Origin: Bacteroidia bacterium
GTDB taxonomy: Bacteria; Bacteroidota; Bacteroidia; JADZBD01
Reading direction: 5' to 3'
NCBI GenBank assembly: GCA_036522695.1
Contig: DATDFI010000451.1
Coordinates: 1-44,070 of the forward strand
Length of the DNA: 44,070 nucleotides
Shown one piece after another: positions 7,342 through 16,045 of the stretch. The first letter of the stretch is position 1; each line of letters begins with the position of its first letter. The notes beneath the pieces are model-generated. The model was not told the origin of the DNA and did no database searches. It saw nothing but the letters and a program-made list of their open reading frames with translations. A program made the translations under genes and the position numbers.

Positions 7342-8061
7342 TTAGCCTACCTGTTTGCTTTCAACAAGCACACCGTTCTTATAAATTTCCTTTTTCACCG
7401 GTTTGCCGCCTTCATCCCAATATTTCCATTCCCCTTCCTGCTTCCCGTTCATGTATTCTCCCTCGCTCTGCCTTTTCCCGTTCTCGTACCAACTGGTGTT
7501 CAAACCATCCTCCACCCCATCCTTAAAATTACATTCCCAGTATTTGTTCCCTTTGGTGGTCCAGTAGGTTGTAACTCCATTCTCTTTGCCGTTGCGGTAA
7601 AATTTCTGGTACGATCTCTTCCCATCCTCGTAATAAAAGATATAAACGCTGTCCAATACATTATCCTTATAATATGCTTCGATACGTTTATTGCCGTTGT
7701 CGTACCACTCGTTGTACGGACCGCTCATTTTGTTCTCATGATAGAAGTAGCGGCTTTTCTTTTTCCCGTTAAGGTAAAAATTGGTCATGGTATCATTCTG
7801 CGCATCATCAACGGAATAACCTTCCTGCATTAAATTCCCATTGCCCCAGTAATACTGGAATTTCCCGTTCATGCGCCCGTTCTTATAATTGATGCGCGAG
7901 CTCACAACCCCGTTCTCGTACCAGTAGGTCCAGGTACTGTCATTCTGCCCGTTCACGGTTTTGCCTTCGCTTTTTTTATGGCCTTCACTCCACCATGTGG
8001 TTTGAAGCTGCGCAAATAAAGCGGGGGGAAGAAGCAGTAAAATGGAAAGGATAGTCCGCAT
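7342..8061 (-). CDS. Secreted MORN-repeat-variant protein (YwqK-like family)
   Basis: Signal peptide MRTILSILLLLPPALFAQ, then about 9 repeats of the Y/W-x-NG-x-K...G pattern (WYENGVVSS, YWGNGNLMQEG, WYDNGNKRIEA, WYENGKRQSEGEY). Confidence 0.8.
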   Translation of the reverse strand: MRTILSILLLLPPALFAQLQTTWWSEGHKKSEGKTVNGQNDSTWTYWYENGVVSSRINYKNGRMNGKFQYYWGNGNLMQEGYSVDDAQNDTMTNFYLNGKKKSRYFYHENKMSGPYNEWYDNGNKRIEAYYKDNVLDSVYIFYYEDGKRSYQKFYRNGKENGVTTYWTTKGNKYWECNFKDGVEDGLNTSWYENGKRQSEGEYMNGKQEGEWKYWDEGGKPVKKEIYKNGVLVESKQVG

Positions 8062-8127
8062 AGAGGAAAATGAGCCTCTAAAATACGAAATTATCCTCGC
8101 GTTTCAGAGGCATTATTGGTATAATTT

Positions 8128-11100
8128 GTGTGGTCGAAAGACCTATTTTTGTCCCGTTATATCAACGCTTTGAAAAAATTCTTTGCCGGCAGGCTCACCC
8201 TGCTCTTCGCTTCCATACTTTGTTTTGCCGCGGCCCATTTCAGCGACAGCGTTGCTGACGACCATGGCAATACCATTACCAAGCTGGAAAGTATTTTGCA
8301 CCGCAAGGAAGCCGAGCTGGATACGCGCGTGGATTCGCTCGCTGCCGAGGCTGAAAAAAATTCCTACCCCCAGCTTTTCGAAAAATATTCGGGCCGTTAC
8401 AATGACCTGCTCGGGGACAAGGGCATGGTGATGCTGATTTATGAGAATGATACGCTCAAGTACTGGACGGACAATTCAATGGCGGTGGAGAATTACGTGA
8501 GCGAAGTTTGCCTGGACGGGCATATTGCACAGCTTCGCAACGGGTGGTTCGAGGTGATCCGTAAGCCTTCGAAACCGAGAGGCACCAAAGTGGTGATCGG
8601 TTTATTACTGATCAAAAAAGAATATCCTTATCAAAATCAATATCTCGTTAACGAATTCGGGGCAGATTATAACCTGAACAAGGACATACAGGTGGTGCGA
8701 TCGGATACCAGCTCGAACAACCAGGTGCGTACCGGCAAAGGCGCTTACCTTTTTTCGCTGGTGTTCCCGCAGTCGGAGGTGGATGATACGGCCGGTAACG
8801 TGTTCATCATTTCCCTTCTTAATTTCCTGGGGTTCCTGCTCGCAGTATACTACCTCCGTGCCGAATGCAATTCGCTAAGTAAGAACCTGGGCCCTTATGT
8901 TGCCGCATTGCTTTTCACAGGGGCGGTGGTGCTGCTGCGTTTCCTCACCATTTACATGCGTTTTCCCGAATCGCTTTACGAGCTGCCGGTGTTCGGACCA
9001 AAATATTACGGTGATGCCACTTCCTACTGGCTTTCATCGCTCGGTGACCTGTTCATCAACGCCCTGCTTGCTTTTTACATCACCTGGTTCATTTGCCGCA
9101 CCTGCCCCTTTGATGCTGCATTCTTAAAAAAAATGCGCTTTCCGCAAGCAGCCCTCGCCTTTTTATTGCTGCTGCTCCTGTTCGGGTTTTCGCATGTACT
9201 CAATGGACTTTTCATCGGCCTTATCCAGAACTCCAATATTTCCTTCAACATCAATAATCTTTTCAGCCTTGACGGGTACAGTTACATGGGCATTTTCATC
9301 ATGGGCCTTCTCCTGTTCTCGTTCTTTCTTGCTACCGAAAAGATCATCGATATCATTCGCAGGCTCAGCATTTCCGCAAGGCAGCGGGTGCTGTTATTTC
9401 TTGCTGCACTGCTGCTGTACGTGATCCTCCTGTATTTGCTGGGATCGCGTGATCCTGTTTTGATGCTGTGGCCGTCCGTCCTGGTGCTTTCCATCGCGCT
9501 GGTGCGCAGGGACACCTCATCGCCCTATGTTTTTTCAGGGGCCATTTTATTGGTGTCGCTCTTCTCGTTTTATGCGGTGCACATCCTCACAAAATACCGC
9601 GAGGAAAAAGAACTGGAGAACCGGAAGATCTTCGCGGAGAAACTCGCTGCCGAGCAGGACCCCCTTGCCGAGCATCTTTTCACAGAAGTGGAAACAAAGA
9701 TCAGGCAGGACTCGAGCTTGCTCAACACCACCCTTTACCAGGATGACAATTTCGGGAAAAACTTCGTGGAAAAATATTTTGGCGGTTACTGGGAAAAATA
9801 TGAAGTAAAGGTAAGTGTGTTCGACACCATGTGTTATCCCCTCTTTAACGGTTCTAATCCCAACCGCGATAACCACACTTTTTTTGAAGAGAGCATACAG
9901 AGCTTTGGTGTTCCCACCGAAAGTCCCAATTGCTTTTACCTGAACAATTCATCGGGAAAGATAAGCTACATCGCCCGGCTGCCGATGTATAAAAAAGCGT
10001 ACGCAGTGCCCGGGTCCAAAGGCGACTCCATTGTGTATGCGTGGTCGCCAGCCGTTACAAAAACCATTAACATGCATGCGGTTGATATTTACCTCGAGCT
10101 GGATTCCCGTTTTGTTTCGGAGGAGATAGGTTTCCCGGAATTGCTGCTTGACCGTGAGATAGGCCTGAACCGCACGCTGGTGAATTACTCGTACGCGAAA
10201 TACAAACATGGAGTACTGTTAAATAAATTCGGGAAGTATCCTTATTCGCTTTCTTCTTCTCCTTTTTGGGGCAAGGGAACCGGCACTTTGGTGGAAGAAT
10301 CCGATGGGTACAGTCATGTGATCTTTCGCCCGGATGCCGAGACGCTGGTGGTGCTGAGCCGCAAAAGCGAGGGGACGCTCGGTGTGGTTACCACGTTCTC
10401 TTATCTCTTCGCATTTTTCAGTTTGCTTGTGCTGTTCGCTTTGCTGATGCGCCAGGTATCAATGGGCATGCGCTTTTCGCAAGTGAGTTTCAAGTACCGC
10501 ATACAACTGCTGCTGGTGATGATCGTACTGGTTTCGCTGGTGCTCTTCGGGGGAGGAACGATCTATTACATCCAGCGCCAGTATGCGGAGAAGAACACCG
10601 ATATCATCAGTGAGAAAACACAATCGGTGCTCACGGAAGTGGAAAGCAAACTGGGCAACGAACTTTCCATGACTGCGAACTACAAGGAATATGCTTCGTA
10701 CATCCTTAAAAAATATTCCAACGTTTTCTTTACGGATATCAACCTGTACGACCTGCAGGGAAATCTTTTCGCTTCCTCGCGTTCCAAAGTTTTTGATGAG
10801 GGTTTGACCTCTAAAAAGATGAACCCCGAGGCCTTCCTCAATATCGGCCTGCAGCAAAAAACAGAATTCATTCACGATGAGAATATCGGGAAACTCTACT
10901 ACCTCTCGGCTTACGTGCCTGTGAAAAATAAGGACGGAAAACTGGTTGCGTTCTTAAACCTCCCCTATTTCGCCAAGCAGAGCGATCTTGAAAAAGAGAT
11001 ATCCACTTTCCTGGTGGCGCTCATCAACATTTATGTGTTGTTGTTCGGTATGTCCATCATCGTGGCCATTTTCATTTCCAATTATCTCACCAAACCGCTC

Positions 11101-11943
11101 AAGCTGATCCAGGAGAAACTCGGGAAAGTAAAACTCGGGAAAACGAACGAGCCCATAGAGTGGAAACAGCAGGACGAGATCGGCAGCCTGGTGAGCGAGT
11201 ACAACCGAATGATCTTTGAGCTGCAGAAGAGCGCGGAGCTTTTGGCGCGCAGCGAACGTGAAAGTGCCTGGCGGGAAATGGCGAAACAAGTGGCGCATGA
11301 AATTAAAAACCCGCTCACGCCCATGAAGCTGAGCATTCAGCACATGGAACGTTTGATCAACGATAAGTCGGATAACCTCGAGGAAAAGATCAAACGCATC
11401 TCAAAAACGCTCATCGAGCAGATCGACACCTTATCCACCATCGCCACCGAGTTCTCCAACTTTGCCAAAATGCCAAAGGCCGAGAATGAAGCCTTGCGCA
11501 TCAACGAGATCCTCAAGAACAGCATCAGGCTATTTAAAAATAATGACGGAGCGGAAGTGCGTTTCAACGATGAAACGGGAGTTGATATTTTTGTTTATGC
11601 TGACAAGGAACAACTCATCCGTGTGTTCAACAACCTCATCAAAAATGCACAGCAAGCGATTCCGGAGGAGCGGGAAGGGAAAATTGAGGTGTGCCTGAAG
11701 AAAAAAGGCCAGAAGGTGATCATCAGCGTAAGGGATAACGGCACGGGCATCAGCCCGGAGGTGGTGGACAAAATTTTTGTCCCCAACTTTACCACCAAAA
11801 CAACCGGGATGGGATTAGGCCTGGCCATGGTGAAAAATATTGTGGAAGGCTTTAATGGTCACATCTGGTTCGAGACCACTACCGATGAGGGAAGTATTTT
11901 TTACGTGGAGCTGCCGGAGTATAAGGAAGAGGTTAAAGGTTAA
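8128..11943 (+). CDS. Large multi-TM sensor histidine kinase (Cache-like periplasmic domain, HAMP, HisKA, HATPase_c)
   Basis: H-box VAHEIKNPLTPM, N-box NLIKNAQQA, G1 DNGTGI, G2 GMGLGLA. A HAMP-like segment follows the last TM. The start is uncertain: GTG 8128 overlaps a promoter-like TATAATTTG, and in-frame TTG codons at 8149 and 8170 are alternatives. Confidence 0.85.
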   Translation: MWSKDLFLSRYINALKKFFAGRLTLLFASILCFAAAHFSDSVADDHGNTITKLESILHRKEAELDTRVDSLAAEAEKNSYPQLFEKYSGRYNDLLGDKGMVMLIYENDTLKYWTDNSMAVENYVSEVCLDGHIAQLRNGWFEVIRKPSKPRGTKVVIGLLLIKKEYPYQNQYLVNEFGADYNLNKDIQVVRSDTSSNNQVRTGKGAYLFSLVFPQSEVDDTAGNVFIISLLNFLGFLLAVYYLRAECNSLSKNLGPYVAALLFTGAVVLLRFLTIYMRFPESLYELPVFGPKYYGDATSYWLSSLGDLFINALLAFYITWFICRTCPFDAAFLKKMRFPQAALAFLLLLLLFGFSHVLNGLFIGLIQNSNISFNINNLFSLDGYSYMGIFIMGLLLFSFFLATEKIIDIIRRLSISARQRVLLFLAALLLYVILLYLLGSRDPVLMLWPSVLVLSIALVRRDTSSPYVFSGAILLVSLFSFYAVHILTKYREEKELENRKIFAEKLAAEQDPLAEHLFTEVETKIRQDSSLLNTTLYQDDNFGKNFVEKYFGGYWEKYEVKVSVFDTMCYPLFNGSNPNRDNHTFFEESIQSFGVPTESPNCFYLNNSSGKISYIARLPMYKKAYAVPGSKGDSIVYAWSPAVTKTINMHAVDIYLELDSRFVSEEIGFPELLLDREIGLNRTLVNYSYAKYKHGVLLNKFGKYPYSLSSSPFWGKGTGTLVEESDGYSHVIFRPDAETLVVLSRKSEGTLGVVTTFSYLFAFFSLLVLFALLMRQVSMGMRFSQVSFKYRIQLLLVMIVLVSLVLFGGGTIYYIQRQYAEKNTDIISEKTQSVLTEVESKLGNELSMTANYKEYASYILKKYSNVFFTDINLYDLQGNLFASSRSKVFDEGLTSKKMNPEAFLNIGLQQKTEFIHDENIGKLYYLSAYVPVKNKDGKLVAFLNLPYFAKQSDLEKEISTFLVALINIYVLLFGMSIIVAIFISNYLTKPLKLIQEKLGKVKLGKTNEPIEWKQQDEIGSLVSEYNRMIFELQKSAELLARSERESAWREMAKQVAHEIKNPLTPMKLSIQHMERLINDKSDNLEEKIKRISKTLIEQIDTLSTIATEFSNFAKMPKAENEALRINEILKNSIRLFKNNDGAEVRFNDETGVDIFVYADKEQLIRVFNNLIKNAQQAIPEEREGKIEVCLKKKGQKVIISVRDNGTGISPEVVDKIFVPNFTTKTTGMGLGLAMVKNIVEGFNGHIWFETTTDEGSIFYVELPEYKEEVKG

Positions 11944-12015
11944 GGGTCAAATGTTATTGGTTGTTCGGGTATTTAAACCTGAAATGAGATACTTGACCTC
12001 AATTACTGCCGCAAT

Positions 12016-12309
12016 ATGAACTACGAAAACCCAATCGACAAAAAAGTGCAGGAAACTGCGGACATCATTGCAAAAAGCAAAACAGTTTTTAAGCTGCTGC
12101 GTGCGATGAGCGTATTGATCATCCTTGCCGGGCTGGTGTATTGCTGTTATTTCGTTCAGCTTCCTGATAATGATGAACCGGGCAAGCTTTATGTGCGCTG
12201 GGCTCTTACTGCTTTTCTTTCGCTCGATGGCACCATTCTCTTTATTTTCAGTAACAGGAGATTGAAGAAACTGCAACAGCAAGAGGACGATATCGGGACT
12301 AAATTTTAA
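12016..12309 (+). CDS. Small two-TM membrane protein, hypothetical
   Basis: 97 aa with two hydrophobic helices (MSVLIILAGLVYCCYFV, WALTAFLSLDGTILFIF). The overlapping opposite-strand ORF looks non-protein-like. Confidence 0.45.
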   Translation: MNYENPIDKKVQETADIIAKSKTVFKLLRAMSVLIILAGLVYCCYFVQLPDNDEPGKLYVRWALTAFLSLDGTILFIFSNRRLKKLQQQEDDIGTKF

Positions 12310-12360
12310 ATTTGTCACCGCTAACAACAAATAACCGACAACCCCTAACTTTTTAAGATC

Positions 12361-12768
12361 GTGTCCCGTCCCATTCGAGTCTTAGTTGCTAAAGTCGGTC
12401 TTGATGGTCATGACCGCGGTGCGAAAGTGATCGCTTCGTTTTTGCGCGATGCGGGAATGGAAGTGATCTACACCGGCCTGCGCCAAACACCCGAAATGGT
12501 GGTGAATGCCGCCCTGCAGGAGGATGTGGATGCCATCGGCATAAGCATCCTCTCGGGCGCACACATGACCGTTTTCCCGAAGATCATGGCATTGATGAAA
12601 GAAAAAAAGATGGACGATGTGCTGCTCACCGGTGGAGGTATTATACCCGATAAGGACATGAAAAAGCTGAACGAGATGGGCGTTGGAAAACTTTTCCCCC
12701 CCGGCACCGATACCAAAGAGATAGTGGATTACATCAGCGAGTGGGTGAAAGTGCATCGTAAATTCTGA
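12361..12768 (+). CDS. Stand-alone cobalamin (B12)-binding domain protein, methylmalonyl-CoA-mutase small-subunit type
   Basis: GTG start. [21 protein letters not shown] contains the DxHxxG base-off/His-on B12 motif. GISILSGAH and GGGIIP motifs are also present. Confidence 0.85.
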   Translation: MSRPIRVLVAKVGLDGHDRGAKVIASFLRDAGMEVIYTGLRQTPEMVVNAALQEDVDAIGISILSGAHMTVFPKIMALMKEKKMDDVLLTGGGIIPDKDMKKLNEMGVGKLFPPGTDTKEIVDYISEWVKVHRKF

Positions 12769-12823
12769 TCAATATTCCTGCGTACATAAGACCGTAAATC
12801 GTCCCTCGTAAACCTTAAATAAC

Positions 12824-13603
12824 ATGCCCTACCAGAACCTGCTCACCTCCACCGAAAATAACATCCGGACCATTACGATCAACCGCCCGGATAAGCTGAA
12901 TGCACTCAACAAAGTTACCGTGCAGGAAATTGGGCAGGCGATAAAAGAAGCGAAGGAAGATGCCTCCGTTTGGGGGATCATCCTCACCGGTGCCGGACCC
13001 AAATCATTTGTAGCGGGGGCTGACATTGCCGAGTTTGTGGGGCTGAGCGTGGAGCAGGGCAAAGCCCTCGCACAGGCCGGGCAGGATGTTTTCAAAAGCA
13101 TAGAGGATTGCCCCAAACCCGTGATAGCAGCAGTGAATGGTTTTGCGCTGGGAGGCGGATGCGAGCTGGCTATGGCTTGTCACCTGCGCGTGGCGAGTGA
13201 GAATGCAAAATTCGGTCAGCCCGAAGTGAATTTAGGATTGATAGCCGGCTATGGCGGCACGCAGCGCCTCACGCAATACCTGGGCAAATCCAAATCCATG
13301 GAACTGCACATGACGGGCGATATGCTTACGGCAGCGCAGGCGCAGGCGCTCGGATTGGTGAATTATGTTGTTCCTGCCGATCAGCTTCTTGCTAAGTGCA
13401 ATGATCTTTTCAATGTGATCAGAACAAAATCGCCCAAAGCCATTTCGGGTGTGATCGCCTCCATCAACGGTTATTATACCGCGGGCGTTGACGGGTTCAA
13501 AAAGGAGATCGAGGAATTCGGGAAGTGTTTCGCCACTGAAGATTTTAAAGAGGGCACTTCGGCATTTTTAGAAAAGCGCAAGCCGAAATTTACGGGGAAA
13601 TAG
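12824..13603 (+). CDS. Enoyl-CoA hydratase / crotonase family protein
   Basis: 259 aa. FVAGADI, AAVNGFALGGGCELAMACHLR and PEVNLGLIAGYGGTQRL are canonical crotonase-fold motifs. Confidence 0.9.
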   Translation: MPYQNLLTSTENNIRTITINRPDKLNALNKVTVQEIGQAIKEAKEDASVWGIILTGAGPKSFVAGADIAEFVGLSVEQGKALAQAGQDVFKSIEDCPKPVIAAVNGFALGGGCELAMACHLRVASENAKFGQPEVNLGLIAGYGGTQRLTQYLGKSKSMELHMTGDMLTAAQAQALGLVNYVVPADQLLAKCNDLFNVIRTKSPKAISGVIASINGYYTAGVDGFKKEIEEFGKCFATEDFKEGTSAFLEKRKPKFTGK

Positions 13604-13660
13604 CAAGCTACAACCTTTTTCATCAGGCGCACGTCTTCTTTATAAAATCTTCCAGGCCTG

Positions 13661-14290
13661 ATGAAAAGCCCTTTTACATTCATTTGCTGTTTCTTCTTCA
13701 CATCCTGCGTAAATGCGCAGTGGCTGGTGGGCCTGGGAGGTGGAATAGGCAGCACGCGTTTTAATATAAGCCCGCATCATTCGGGTATACGATCTTACTG
13801 GCAGGATACCCGCGCTTATTTTGCTTCACTAAATATATGTTACGAGTGGCCGCGTGTTATGATCGAATGTGATGAGGATATTTGTACCCCGCTTAATTTT
13901 TATTATTCCTACTCCTATCTCAATTATAGTATGATGAACCCCGCTTCACACAGCGAGGAAGCATATTACAAGGGATCCCGTTCCACGAGGTTTCGTGTTA
14001 TCCTATCGTACAAACACACAGTTGGCCATGTGACTTTTCGGGCAGGGATAGGCCCTTTCGTGACGCACGACCTGTATGGTTCAACCGGTATTGAATCCGG
14101 GGCGCTTAATGCCGGATGGGAATGTAAGTTGGGTCTTGACATCCAAACCGGAAAGTGCTTCTTTATTTTTCCGGAGACATTTGCAAGACACACGCGTTAC
14201 GACATTGGACCCTGGCATGCCTATAACGGCATCTATTTTTCACTGGGTTTAAAATACCTCATCCGGCAATCCAAACCCAAAGAAAAATAA
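13661..14290 (+). CDS. Putative outer-membrane beta-barrel protein, hypothetical
   Basis: Signal peptide ending VNAQ. Alternating aromatic and Gly-rich strands, with a C-terminal region YFSLGLKYLI. Confidence 0.5.
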   Translation: MKSPFTFICCFFFTSCVNAQWLVGLGGGIGSTRFNISPHHSGIRSYWQDTRAYFASLNICYEWPRVMIECDEDICTPLNFYYSYSYLNYSMMNPASHSEEAYYKGSRSTRFRVILSYKHTVGHVTFRAGIGPFVTHDLYGSTGIESGALNAGWECKLGLDIQTGKCFFIFPETFARHTRYDIGPWHAYNGIYFSLGLKYLIRQSKPKEK

Positions 14291-14345
14291 CCCACCCCTT
14301 TTTCCCACAATTTCCCGCTCATAACTACGTTTTATCCGCGAATTC

Positions 14346-14430
14346 TTACTAATTCCCTATTTGTACCTTCGCTTCAGCTACTGTTTTTCGGACACATTAG
14401 TAACATTCGTATGTATTCGCAATTAGTAAC
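14346..14430. repeat. Three copies of the octamer ATTAGTAA (one inverted) upstream of the flippase gene
   Basis: TTACTAAT at 14346-14353 (inverted), ATTAGTAAC at 14396-14404 and ATTAGTAAC at 14422-14430. The last copy ends 2 nt before the TTG start at 14433. Confidence 0.6.
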
Positions 14431-14432
14431 CC

Positions 14433-15917
14433 TTGAACCCGCTTAAAAAACTTGCCGGCCAAACAGCCATTTACGGTTTACCCACCATCGTGGGCCGCTT
14501 GCTCGCGTATTTTTTAGTGCCGCTTTACACCTACAATTTCACCCGCGCTCAATACGGAACGGTAAGCGAGATGTACGCTTATGTCTCCTTTTTACTGGTG
14601 GTCCTAACTTATGGAATGGAGACCGCCCTCTTCAACTTCTCGGCACGGGCTGAGAAAAATGATACGGAAGCAAGGCAAAATGTATTCAGCACCATTCTCA
14701 CTACTGTAAGCATCACCTCGGTTCTTTTCATTTCATTGCTTGTTCTTTTTGCGCAGCCTATCGCCAACCTTATTCAATATCCCGATCACCCGGAATACGT
14801 GCGCTGGTTCGGTTTCATCCTCGGCCTGGATGCCATCACTTCCATCGCCTTCGCGAAGCTGAGAGAACGCAATCGCGCCAGGCAATTTGCCATCATCAAA
14901 ACCATCAACATCGCGGTAAATATTTTGCTCAATGTTTTTTTCATTGGTCTTTGTAAACCAGGATACGATCATGACCCGGGGTCATTCTTTGGTAATTTTT
15001 ACAACCCTGGGATCGGAATCGGATATATTTTTATCTCCAACCTCATCGCAAGTACGGTAACGCTCCTGGTATTGCTCCCCGCCTTTTTCTCTGCAAAATT
15101 CTCCATCGATAAAAAATTATTGCGCCAGGTTTTACCTTATGCCTTGCCTTTGCTCATTGCGGGTCTTGCCGGGATGACCAATGAAACCATAGACCGAATC
15201 CTGATCAAATACCTTGTGCCGGGAAAAGAAGGACTGGAGCAAAATGGAATTTACGGTGCCTGTTACAAGATCTCCATCATCATGACCATTTTTGTACAGA
15301 CCTTCCGTTATGCGGCTGAGCCTTTCTTTTTTTCGCATGCGCGGGAAACCGGTGCACGCGATATTTACGCCCGCGTGATGAATTATTTTGTGATCGTGTG
15401 CATGCTTATTTTCCTGGGCACTATGATGAACATTTCGTGGATACAAAAATTCGTTGGGCCTGATTTTCGCTCGGGACTTGCGGTGGTACCCATTTTATTA
15501 ATGGCGAACTTTTGCCTGGGTGCATTTTTCAATCTTTCTATCTGGTACAAGCTCACCGGGCACACCAGGTGGGGCGCTTACCTCACGGTTTACGGGGCGG
15601 TGGTCACGCTTGTGATCAATTTTGCCTTTATCCCCGTTTATGGGTACATGGCCAGCGCGTGGGCCACGCTCATCTGTTACGCCAGCATGATGGTGATCTC
15701 GTATTTTGTAGGCAATAAATATTACCCGGTGGACTATGACCTGAAAAAGATCCTGGGATATATAGTGCTTGCGCTCGGACTTTATTTTTTCTCAAGCATC
15801 CTTACTTCAAATGACTGGGCCCCCTTCGCCCTGCTGATCGTGCGAAATTTCCTCCTGCTCGTTTTTGCGGGCGTGGTTTTTACCATGGAGCGCAAGGATT
15901 TTTCGCTGAAGACGTAA
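14433..15917 (+). CDS. Polysaccharide/oligosaccharide flippase (MOP superfamily, Wzx-like)
   Basis: 494 aa with about 14 TM segments. The N-terminus KKLAGQTAIYGLPTIVGRLLAYFLVPLYT is typical of Bacteroidota Wzx-like proteins. TTG start. Confidence 0.8.
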   Translation: MNPLKKLAGQTAIYGLPTIVGRLLAYFLVPLYTYNFTRAQYGTVSEMYAYVSFLLVVLTYGMETALFNFSARAEKNDTEARQNVFSTILTTVSITSVLFISLLVLFAQPIANLIQYPDHPEYVRWFGFILGLDAITSIAFAKLRERNRARQFAIIKTINIAVNILLNVFFIGLCKPGYDHDPGSFFGNFYNPGIGIGYIFISNLIASTVTLLVLLPAFFSAKFSIDKKLLRQVLPYALPLLIAGLAGMTNETIDRILIKYLVPGKEGLEQNGIYGACYKISIIMTIFVQTFRYAAEPFFFSHARETGARDIYARVMNYFVIVCMLIFLGTMMNISWIQKFVGPDFRSGLAVVPILLMANFCLGAFFNLSIWYKLTGHTRWGAYLTVYGAVVTLVINFAFIPVYGYMASAWATLICYASMMVISYFVGNKYYPVDYDLKKILGYIVLALGLYFFSSILTSNDWAPFALLIVRNFLLLVFAGVVFTMERKDFSLKT

Positions 15918-15959
15918 TTCCAGCTTCTCTTTTTTATTTCCTTTCGTTACACCGGAACA

Positions 15960-15993
15960 GCCGTTGGTTACAAAAAAAGTGCCGTTGCTTACA
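15960..15993. repeat. Direct repeat GCCGTTGnTTACA x2 with 21-nt periodicity
   Basis: GCCGTTGGTTACA at 15960-15972 and GCCGTTGCTTACA at 15981-15993, about 55-85 nt upstream of the ATG at 16046. Confidence 0.6.
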
Positions 15994-16045
15994 TCGTAAG
16001 GGGAACTTCTTTTCTCTGCAATAGCTTTACTGAAAACTATATCTT

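Noticed and set aside
7192-7833. A 213-aa plus-strand ORF opposite the MORN-repeat gene.
   Set aside because: It is the antisense of a repeat-rich gene. The F/P/L/V-rich product mirrors the G/N/K/E/Y codons of the MORN repeats.
6877-8061. The idea that the YwqK-like protein and the GNAT form a toxin-antitoxin or toxin-immunity pair.
   Set aside because: The YwqK-like protein has a signal peptide, so it is exported. The GNAT lacks the usual RHH/DUF1778 antitoxin partner, and no LXG/Rhs-type toxin is nearby. It is kept only as weak context in the operon finding.
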